From a virus (taxonomy: Duplodnaviria; Caudoviricetes), in IMG/VR virus record IMGVR_UViG_3300027707_001276, positions 1 through 41,767 of that record: DNA of 41,767 nt. One strand, 5' to 3'. Under the pieces are notes generated by a model. The model did no database searches and had not been told where the DNA came from. It saw only the letters and a program-made list of their open reading frames with translations. The position numbers were made by a program, and so were the translations under genes. This document shows positions 35,780 through 41,767 of this stretch, piece after piece; positions within the stretch are counted from its first letter, which is position 1, and every line of letters starts with the position of its first letter.

Positions 35780-36988
35780 TTAGTTTAGGTCAACCCAAGC
35801 AGCACCAGTGTATCCTTGAAATTTAGTTCCTGTAGTATTGAAAACTATCATACCGGCTGCCGGCGCTGTAATTGCAGCGTCTCGTGCAGCATTGTTTGCA
35901 TATACACCTGGTTTTAAAACAGGAGCAGAGAAAACTCCAACATCGTCGAATTCTGCTACTTTGGAATTTCCTGGATTGTCGTTGTCGCCGATAAAAAACT
36001 GTAATTTACCTGAAGCAAAGTTAGATACAAGATCGCCTGGATCGGACACCACGGCTCTTACAACTGCCAAGTCAGCAGTTTGGGCGCCGCTCGCGCCACC
36101 ATTAACATATCCGGCAAATTGCAGTTGACCTAGAAGATCGCCTGCGCCCAGCACTGTCTGGCTGCTAAAGGTTCCGTTGGTAGACTTTATTCTTAAAAAT
36201 GCACCCGCCTGCGTGATTCCAGGAGCACCGGCAAGTTCTGCGTTTACGGTTAGACCGGCCTCAGTGTTGTAGCTGTAAATTTCAATTCTATTTCTAGTTG
36301 TAAAATTTCCAAAATTAATTTCGGTGTTAGCGGCCACTGTTATTGTATCATCGCTTAACGTTATTGTGCCGTTTGATAAAGTTCCGGTGACTCCGTCGAC
36401 TAACATAGTCGATGTATCTGAAAATACCGAACCATTAATATCACCGTCTAAATTACCAGTTACATTACCAACTAAATTACCTGTAACATTGCCAACTACA
36501 TTGCCTGTAACATTGCCTGTAACGTTGCCTACAAGTGTTGATCCCGCTGTACCTGTTATTACTCCTGCAACATTGCCAGTTACGTTACCAGTTAAATTGC
36601 CAGTTACGTTACCAGATAAACTTCCGTTGAATGTGTTATTGATGGCATCTACCATTGCAGTGCTATCATCTCCAAATACTGAACCTTTAAATGCATCAGC
36701 TCTTATAGTTCCAGCAAAATTTGATAAATCAAGAGCTGCACTTATACTAGCAGACGCATCGTTATATGTGAAAGTTATTCCAGAATGAGCACCGTTGCTG
36801 AAAAGCAGGGCCGCAGCATCTTGTGCATTTTCATCGGTATATCCGGTAATTTGAACACCGCCTAATGTAGCACCGTTTCCAATGTATAATCTTTGGTCGT
36901 TGGTCACATACAGCAGTTCGCCTTGAGCCAGAGGCTGTGTCATTGCTGTGCGTTCTGCTTCGGTGCCTCTGCGAATCTGTAAGGGCAT
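35780..36988 (-). CDS. tail fibre / virion protein with a major tropism determinant N-terminal (Mtd_N)-like domain
   Basis: LQIRRGT...LAQGELLYVT...LYIGNG N-terminus, GNVT repeats, C-terminal GMIVFN...KFQGY...W motif; AGGAG RBS; ATAAATA at 37028-37022. Confidence 0.8.
   Translation of the reverse strand: MPLQIRRGTEAERTAMTQPLAQGELLYVTNDQRLYIGNGATLGGVQITGYTDENAQDAAALLFSNGAHSGITFTYNDASASISAALDLSNFAGTIRADAFKGSVFGDDSTAMVDAINNTFNGSLSGNVTGNLTGNVTGNVAGVITGTAGSTLVGNVTGNVTGNVVGNVTGNLVGNVTGNLDGDINGSVFSDTSTMLVDGVTGTLSNGTITLSDDTITVAANTEINFGNFTTRNRIEIYSYNTEAGLTVNAELAGAPGITQAGAFLRIKSTNGTFSSQTVLGAGDLLGQLQFAGYVNGGASGAQTADLAVVRAVVSDPGDLVSNFASGKLQFFIGDNDNPGNSKVAEFDDVGVFSAPVLKPGVYANNAARDAAITAPAAGMIVFNTTGTKFQGYTGAAWVDLN
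36440..36625 (-). repeat. degenerate 12-nt coding repeat (GNVT/GNLT tetrapeptide)
   Basis: GNVTGNLTGNVTGNVA...GNVTGNVTGNVVGNVTGNLVGNVTGNLDGDI with synonymous variation. Confidence 0.9.
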
Positions 36989-37053
36989 ATTTTCTACTCC
37001 TGGAATTATTCCTATCACAAGTATTTATGCCGCTGATACTAGAACGTAGAGTC

Positions 37054-37082
37054 AAAAAAATAGCACCCGAAGGTGCTATTTT
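37054..37082 (-). terminator. intrinsic terminator, UUCG loop
   Basis: Minus strand AAAATAGCACC-TTCG-GGTGCTATTTTTTT. Confidence 0.9.
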
Positions 37083-37131
37083 ACCCTCATTTATAAGCGC
37101 CTTAGGGCTGGCGCTAAAATAGGACTACGTC

Positions 37132-37725
37132 CTAATCTGCTGTAGGCCCGTTTCCGGACTTGAATCCGATGCTGCCACCTTCTGCTTCAATCCGTGCAAT
37201 AACGTCTTCAAACAAGATAGGAGCAAAGTCCGGCGTTTGTTCCACGCAAACACAATGATAACGAGTATCTACTATGTCAGTGATCTTACCACCAAACCCG
37301 GGTAACATAACACGATTGGCATGCAAGTGCCCGTGTATGTTAGTACCAAAACGACCCAACGATTCCGGGTGTAACGGAATATGGCTTAAGATCATCCCGT
37401 TCATAACGTGATATGCCCGCAATTCCCTAAAGTGTTCACGGTAGTCGTCATCTCTGAAGATGTCGTGATTACCACGGATCAACACCTTGTCACCGTTTAA
37501 CCTACGCATGATTCCCAAGGCTTTGCGGTTGATAACAACATCGCCTAAATGGTATACCTTATCAGTGGGTTTTACCCGTTCGTTCCAGGCCTTGACCATG
37601 GCTTCGTCCATTTCCTCAGCAGAATCCCATGGACGTAATTTTGTAACACCATCGTTACGTGTGAAGCGGCATACACCTGTGTGTCCAAAGTGTGTGTCGC
37701 TGACTAAAAATACACTAGGCATCAT
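37132..37725 (-). CDS. calcineurin-like metallophosphoesterase
   Basis: SDTHFGH, HLGD, GNHD, SHIP, HGHLH. Confidence 0.9.
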   Translation of the reverse strand: MMPSVFLVSDTHFGHTGVCRFTRNDGVTKLRPWDSAEEMDEAMVKAWNERVKPTDKVYHLGDVVINRKALGIMRRLNGDKVLIRGNHDIFRDDDYREHFRELRAYHVMNGMILSHIPLHPESLGRFGTNIHGHLHANRVMLPGFGGKITDIVDTRYHCVCVEQTPDFAPILFEDVIARIEAEGGSIGFKSGNGPTAD

Positions 37726-37734
37726 GCCCTCCTT

Positions 37735-38142
37735 TCATCGTTCTAATGTTCTTCGAAAAAGTAATTCTTGTTTAGAAAACGCTTCAACTTCCCACGGCAT
37801 CTCTAGATACCTGTGATTTTTTCGATAACGCTTGCCTTTCCAATAATTTACTCCATCTATCTGTTTCAATGTTCCTTTGGCCAATTGCTTAACGTGTACC
37901 ATCTCGTGAGCAAGTGTAAGCCCCATGTCTTTCAAGTTTTTAGGTTTGATCAATACAACATAGCTGTCAATCGCATCTAACGGAACTGTGGAACCTTCCT
38001 GTCCTTCTAGATCGCCCTTGCATACTCTAATCAACAGAGTTTTACGACTACGTTCTAGTTTAAGCTCTTTGAGCATCCTAGGAACAATAATTTTAAAAAA
38101 CGTCTTGGTTCGTTTACTACGGGTTTCAATTAGGTATTCCAT
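37735..38142 (-). CDS. zincin-like phage metallopeptidase
   Basis: LAHEMVHVKQ (HExxH) and PWEVEA. Confidence 0.75.
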   Translation of the reverse strand: MEYLIETRSKRTKTFFKIIVPRMLKELKLERSRKTLLIRVCKGDLEGQEGSTVPLDAIDSYVVLIKPKNLKDMGLTLAHEMVHVKQLAKGTLKQIDGVNYWKGKRYRKNHRYLEMPWEVEAFSKQELLFRRTLER

Positions 38143-38166
38143 TGCTTGCTTTCTCAGTATGTGTAT

Positions 38167-38195
38167 ATTATAGCACAGAAAATCCAAACTGTCAA
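38167..38195 (-). promoter_or_regulatory. sigma70 consensus promoter
   Basis: TTGACA (38195-38190)-17 nt-TATAAT (38172-38167), extended -10. Confidence 0.85.
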
Positions 38196-38212
38196 GTGGC
38201 TAAAACGTCACA

Positions 38213-38767
38213 CTATACCTGCGGTTTGGAAATAATATATCCGTTCTTAATGATGCCATCAATGGCTGTTGACAGCAGTCTAATACCCATGGGACTAAGA
38301 TCTCGACGCCAAAGTGTTCCAGCATTGTCGTCCTGTTTCACCGCACACCAATCTTGAATTAAGATATTGCCCTGATCCCATTCCTGGGATAGTTGATAAA
38401 CACTTCCACCGGCGATTACATCTTTACAAGCTATTGTGTCTTCGACAGCGTGTTTACCTCTGTGTCTAGGTAAAAGGCTGGGGTGATATCCTATTCCGCC
38501 TAATTTAGATTTTGACAACGCTGCATTACTAACTCGAGCATGAGTATATGCAGTAACGATTAGATCACAATCATCTGGTGTTGCATCAGCATCTACTAGC
38601 GTTGGATTACTTGTGTACAATTCGTAATCTAATTTTTTTGAAAGTTTTCCTAGACGATCATCTTCTTCTGTGACTACGACTCGTTGTATAACTACATCGC
38701 TTTTACTTGCTAAAAGATGCAGAGCTAGGCATCCAAAATGTTTTCCGCCGATGAGTACAATATTCAC
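38213..38767 (-). CDS. formyltransferase (Fmt-like N-terminal catalytic domain only)
   Basis: GYHPSLLPRHRG and WDQG; lacks the Fmt C-terminal domain. Confidence 0.85.
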   Translation of the reverse strand: MNIVLIGGKHFGCLALHLLASKSDVVIQRVVVTEEDDRLGKLSKKLDYELYTSNPTLVDADATPDDCDLIVTAYTHARVSNAALSKSKLGGIGYHPSLLPRHRGKHAVEDTIACKDVIAGGSVYQLSQEWDQGNILIQDWCAVKQDDNAGTLWRRDLSPMGIRLLSTAIDGIIKNGYIISKPQV

Positions 38768-38955
38768 CAATTTTCTACACCCGACACTTCAATGGATACT
38801 CTAGCAGGATACTCTGCTATTTCTGTCTCGTAGGTCATTGTAAGAACACTACCAATACCAGAACTGTTATCTTGTTCTAGCGTAAAGTATTCTGTGCCCA
38901 CAGCTTCGCAGATATTTTTAATTTTGTTCAATTCAAATATATTTAAATGTATCAT
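38764..38955 (-). CDS. hypothetical phage protein, 63 aa
   Basis: Start/stop overlaps with both neighbours. Confidence 0.65.
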   Translation of the reverse strand: MIHLNIFELNKIKNICEAVGTEYFTLEQDNSSGIGSVLTMTYETEIAEYPARVSIEVSGVENW

Positions 38956-39515
38956 ACATCACCTTCTTTGATTCTACGAGCTCTACGCTCAGCAGCTAGT
39001 GTAAATACCTTTTCGTTGTCGTTGGTCCAATCTATGGTCTTGGCCGGAATAACTATGCCGGAAGGCAAGGTAACTCCGTTGATACTGTGGGGTTCTTGCT
39101 CATCGTATAACCAACCCAGGGTTCTCATCATGCGGTGCTTGACCAATAGGTTGGGGCTGCGGAATGCCTCGGTATCGTTAAAACCTAGCATGACACCAAT
39201 TTCGCACACTGCCCCGCTGCGACAAACGCCAGCATGGCAATGCACCACAACGTTCATGCGATTTTCTAATGCGTGTTGCAACAGTCGAACAAGTTCGTCG
39301 GCCTGCTCTTGGCTGCAACGCATGGCTTCGTCCAAACATTCGTCCTTGGCTTCGATGTCCAAGAACTGGAATTGATGAACTTCTTTGAATGTGTGCAAAG
39401 GGGTGGGAAAATCGCCAGGCGGATCACAGATTTGGATCAGCATGGAATTTGATCCCGCATCGATGTGAAACCCTTTACGGATGTCACTGAGTGCTACGTT
39501 TTGAATCCATGGCAT
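38952..39515 (-). CDS. Cys-based dual-specificity / tyrosine phosphatase-like protein
   Basis: VHCHAGVCRSG (HCX5R); AGGAG RBS. Confidence 0.85.
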   Translation of the reverse strand: MPWIQNVALSDIRKGFHIDAGSNSMLIQICDPPGDFPTPLHTFKEVHQFQFLDIEAKDECLDEAMRCSQEQADELVRLLQHALENRMNVVVHCHAGVCRSGAVCEIGVMLGFNDTEAFRSPNLLVKHRMMRTLGWLYDEQEPHSINGVTLPSGIVIPAKTIDWTNDNEKVFTLAAERRARRIKEGDV

Positions 39516-39527
39516 GACCAACTCCTG

Positions 39528-39746
39528 TTATAATCTATATGAAATACGACCTTTGCTGAGATCGTAAGGACTAACTTCTACCTTGACACGATCGCCTAGA
39601 ATAATACGAATTTTGTGTTGCTTGAGTTTGCCGCTGGTATAGCAGAGTATTATAGTAGACATATTATCTATCTTTACTCTAAACATATTACCGGGTAGAA
39701 CTTCTTCCACAGCCCCGGTTAATTCAATTATGTCTTCTTTGGCCAT
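39528..39746 (-). CDS. infA: translation initiation factor IF-1
   Basis: MAKEDIIE...LPGNMFRV...SGK...[26 protein letters not shown]; 72 aa. Confidence 0.95.
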   Translation of the reverse strand: MAKEDIIELTGAVEEVLPGNMFRVKIDNMSTIILCYTSGKLKQHKIRIILGDRVKVEVSPYDLSKGRISYRL

Positions 39747-39978
39747 TTATGTTTTGTCTTTCTTTTTTGACTCGACCGATTCGGCCAGCTTTGTTCCAAT
39801 CGTATCTAACACCGTCTGGGCATACACCATCTACTACAGAGTCAACCCCAAACACACCTACGATTTCAAATTCGCCACCTTGAATAGTGACGAATACATT
39901 TAACTCTTTAGCAAATGCCATTGCCAAATCTAAGTCGGCAAACTCTGTTGATTGTTCTTTATCTATTACTTTATACAT
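39724..39978 (-). CDS. hypothetical phage protein, 84 aa
   Basis: ATG lies 7 nt below a -10 box, so probably leaderless. Confidence 0.7.
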   Translation of the reverse strand: MYKVIDKEQSTEFADLDLAMAFAKELNVFVTIQGGEFEIVGVFGVDSVVDGVCPDGVRYDWNKAGRIGRVKKERQNINGQRRHN

Positions 39979-39984
39979 GCAACT

Positions 39985-40013
39985 ATTATACTACCATTCT
40001 ATCAATGTGTCAA
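39985..40013 (-). promoter_or_regulatory. sigma70 consensus promoter
   Basis: TTGACA (40013-40008)-17 nt-TATAAT (39990-39985). Confidence 0.85.
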
Positions 40014-40014
40014 G

Positions 40015-40088
40015 TGGTGCTCCAACCAAGAATCGAACTTGAAATACATCCTTACCAAGGATGCGTTATGCCATTTAACTATAGGAGC
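40015..40088 (-). tRNA. tRNA-Thr(GGT)
   Basis: GCTCCTA...CATCC-TTGGTAA-GGATG...TTCGATT...TTGGAGC-ACCA; 74 nt with encoded CCA. Confidence 0.9.
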
Positions 40089-40653
40089 ATTCTATATCTG
40101 CTGCCAATATGAAACGATATTGGTTGCTTTGTACGATGCCTGGACGATGCCATGTTTCACTGGGATATATGATCCAGTGTCCCTGGGTGGGTTTAATAAA
40201 ATATTTTCCGTCTTGTTCTGCACCGTTGGGTGCTATCTCTGTGCCGCAGTAGTCTCGATCTTTGACGTCGTTGGGAATGTGAAGATAGTATATTCCGCTG
40301 AACATTTTACTATTGGGATTTTTTGGATGCCAATGATTGTGCCACAGTTTTTCACGATTTTCGGCACCCTGGAGATTGGTCATAAAACTCCAAGCCATCA
40401 TCTCTGATACTTTGACTTCACGACCTAGATACATGAATAGGCTGAACATAAAGCTCATTCTGTATTTCAACCATACAGGTTCCGGTCGCGCAAATATATT
40501 CTCTTTGGTTTGAAACTTGGGGCTGTTTGTAAAGTAATTGCCATCGGCAATGATGCCCTTGATAATGTTGCAGGCCACGGCATCATCTTGCTCAGTGATA
40601 ACACTGCTAAAATTGAATTTACGAACAAGCTGTGTTTGATCTACTACCTGCAT
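40075..40653 (-). CDS. 2OG-Fe(II) oxygenase superfamily protein
   Basis: WHNH, SGIYYL, IIYPSETWH, RFILA. Confidence 0.7.
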   Translation of the reverse strand: MQVVDQTQLVRKFNFSSVITEQDDAVACNIIKGIIADGNYFTNSPKFQTKENIFARPEPVWLKYRMSFMFSLFMYLGREVKVSEMMAWSFMTNLQGAENREKLWHNHWHPKNPNSKMFSGIYYLHIPNDVKDRDYCGTEIAPNGAEQDGKYFIKPTQGHWIIYPSETWHRPGIVQSNQYRFILAADIECSYS

Positions 40654-40661
40654 GGCGTCCT

Positions 40662-40735
40662 TGGAGCGGGATAAGAGAATCGAACTCTTGACCGAAGATT
40701 GGAAATCTGCTGTTTTACCATTAAACTAATCCCGC
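40662..40735 (-). tRNA. tRNA-Gly(TCC)
   Basis: GCGGGAT/ATCCCGC acceptor, TTTCCAA loop, U discriminator plus CCA; 74 nt. Confidence 0.92.
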
Positions 40736-40742
40736 ATCGAAT

Positions 40743-40970
40743 TTATTCTACTCTTTTAAGATATTCTCGACCTATCTTGCCTTCTTGGATTTCTAGCAAG
40801 GCACTCACCGGAGCATTTACTTGAGTGGTATGTCCTGCTGCCTTGTGTCTACGAGACAATTCTCTAGCTCTTACTGTGGCTATGAGTACAAGATCAAATC
40901 TGTTGCCTCCTGCTTGTTCTACACATTTTTGTGTATCTATGTTAGGACCACGGCTGTCAGTTAGTTTCAT
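40743..40970 (-). CDS. rpoZ: RNA polymerase omega subunit
   Basis: GNRFDLVLIATVRAREL...ALLEIQEGKI. Confidence 0.85.
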   Translation of the reverse strand: MKLTDSRGPNIDTQKCVEQAGGNRFDLVLIATVRARELSRRHKAAGHTTQVNAPVSALLEIQEGKIGREYLKRVE

Positions 40971-40989
40971 TTTTTGCCTTTGTAAAAAC

Positions 40990-41065
40990 TGGTTGCGGGA
41001 GTCGGAGTCGAACCGACGATCTGAAGCTTATGAGACTTCCGAGATACCACCTTCTCCATCCCGCG
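40990..41065 (-). tRNA. tRNA-Met(CAT), initiator-like acceptor
   Basis: CGCGGGA/TCCCGCA with C1:A72 mismatch, A11:U24, GAAGT-CTCATAA-GCTTC, ACCA end; 76 nt. Confidence 0.9.
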
Positions 41066-41070
41066 ATAAA

Positions 41071-41159
41071 TTTAATAAAACACACTTCGCACTTTTCACT
41101 ACGGCGGTGTGCAGTCCTTACAACCTAAACTATGTTTAGGCAAAATGTGTTTTATTAAA
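41071..41159. repeat. 14-bp perfect inverted repeat enclosing two hairpins (ncRNA candidate)
   Basis: TTTAATAAAACACA (41071-41084) / TGTGTTTTATTAAA (41146-41159). Confidence 0.7.
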
Positions 41160-41162
41160 GTA

Positions 41163-41284
41163 ACTTTATTAAAATATACTTCCAACAAGTGTCTTATGCT
41201 TGTTGTACCGTGTGCTATGCACATTTCCTTTGCGAGGCTCCCCCGGGTTTGGGCAACGTAGACGAAAGTATATTTTAATAAAGT
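41163..41284. repeat. 19-bp perfect inverted repeat enclosing several hairpins (ncRNA candidate)
   Basis: ACTTTATTAAAATATACTT (41163-41181) / AAGTATATTTTAATAAAGT (41266-41284). Confidence 0.75.
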
Positions 41285-41490
41285 GTCTAGCTACTCACAC
41301 CACATGAGCCCTAGACTGAGCGGTTACTCTGTCCATAACATTTATTCTTATGGGAAGGTGTTAAACCTCACCTAATGCGTCTCCGCCACTCCTTCACAGA
41401 GCACAGATGGTCAATGCACTACACACCAAGCACTCTTTATGGTGACTGCCCCACCCCCTTTGTATAACGGGCAAGGGCGCCCGGGGTCTG
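41285..41490 (-). ncRNA. structured non-coding region, unknown family
   Basis: Nested stems: GTCTAG/CTAGAC, CTCTGT/ACAGAG enclosing CCATAA/TTATGG and AGGTG/CACCT, plus a GC-rich hairpin at 41449-41486; no ORF. Confidence 0.45.
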
Positions 41491-41767
41491 TTACAGCAAG
41501 CCTTCTGCCTGCAGTGAAGCCACTACATCATCACTCAGAGGAATCTCTGTCTTGATGTTCAACTCAAGCACTTCGTCGTTGAGCTGTTGTTTTTGCTTTT
41601 TCAGATTAAGCACTTCTGCTTTGGCCTGTGCAATTTGTTCCTTGCTGAGAACACTGGTGCTTACTGTATCACCGTAGCCGTAGATGCTACGACGGCTTGT
41701 TTCGCCCTTGTCGTTCTTGATCTTTTCCAACTTGCCCTTGATCACTTCCAAAGAAGTAATCTCTGTG
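41491..41767 (-). CDS. hypothetical coiled-coil phage protein, 3' part
   Basis: The reading frame stays open to the window end. Confidence 0.7.
   Translation of the reverse strand, partial: TEITSLEVIKGKLEKIKNDKGETSRRSIYGYGDTVSTSVLSKEQIAQAKAEVLNLKKQKQQLNDEVLELNIKTEIPLSDDVVASLQAEGLL

Noticed and set aside
10707-35780. Integrative element inserted at the tRNA-like gene
   Set aside because: No integrase and no duplicated tRNA 3' end at the far boundary; the island lies on the 5' side of the RNA.
36440-36625. CRISPR-like or regulatory DNA repeat
   Set aside because: The 12-nt units vary at synonymous positions and have no spacers; it is a coding repeat.
36324-36788. 154-aa plus-strand ORF with LPVT repeats, and other antisense ORFs (e.g. 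847-1302, 6910-7485, 38947-39375, 39952-40407)
   Set aside because: They are shadows of well-supported opposite-strand genes and have no motifs of their own.
35780-36988. Diversity-generating retroelement suggested by the Mtd_N-like domain
   Set aside because: No reverse transcriptase, no template/variable repeat pair and no recognisable C-type lectin domain in the window; the N-terminal domain alone is a common fibre anchor.
37096-37134. Two small hairpins (AGCGCC/GGCGCT and TAGGAC/GTCCTA) before the terminator
   Set aside because: The 6-bp stems are too short to support a distinct element without comparative data.
1-41767. Bacterial chromosome origin suggested by kdsA, infA, rpoZ and a formyltransferase
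   Set aside because: These genes lack their usual chromosomal neighbours and sit among short phage-type hypotheticals, T4-like late motifs and fibre genes.

Overview
This 41.8 kb window is densely coding and looks like part of a large tailed dsDNA phage genome with T4-like late-promoter motifs, probably infecting a Gram-negative host. The phage call is an inference from gene content: thyX, queD, kdsA, a UvsE-like endonuclease, an Hc1-like protein, an Mtd_N tail-fibre gene, infA, rpoZ and CCA-encoding tRNAs. Both flanks (1-10.8 kb and 35.8-41.8 kb) are entirely on the minus strand and carry near-perfect sigma70 promoters. Between them is an AT-richer, mixed-orientation island of about 25 kb (10879-35711) made almost entirely of tailoring enzymes: 7 radical SAM proteins, 6 Asp/Asn-beta-hydroxylase-like 2OG-Fe(II) oxygenases, 3 SGNH-like proteins, a flavin-dependent halogenase, a methyltransferase, a PLP enzyme, minimal adenylation, asparagine-synthetase-like, kinase and desaturase-like proteins, a phosphatase and two beta-propeller-like proteins. 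It is driven by TAAATA late-type promoters, abuts a tail-fibre gene with Asn-rich repeats, and shows no precursor peptide or scaffold synthase. Non-coding highlights are a preQ1-I-riboswitch-like element in the queD leader, a 109-nt tRNA-like RNA without a canonical anticodon arm, a hybrid initiator tRNA, a hairpin with a late promoter in its loop and an RBS in its stem, and three unexplained structured RNA candidates at 41.07-41.49 kb. All product calls come from motif recognition by eye; no searches were run. Start coordinates were moved to the most plausible start codon where the ORF track over-extends.
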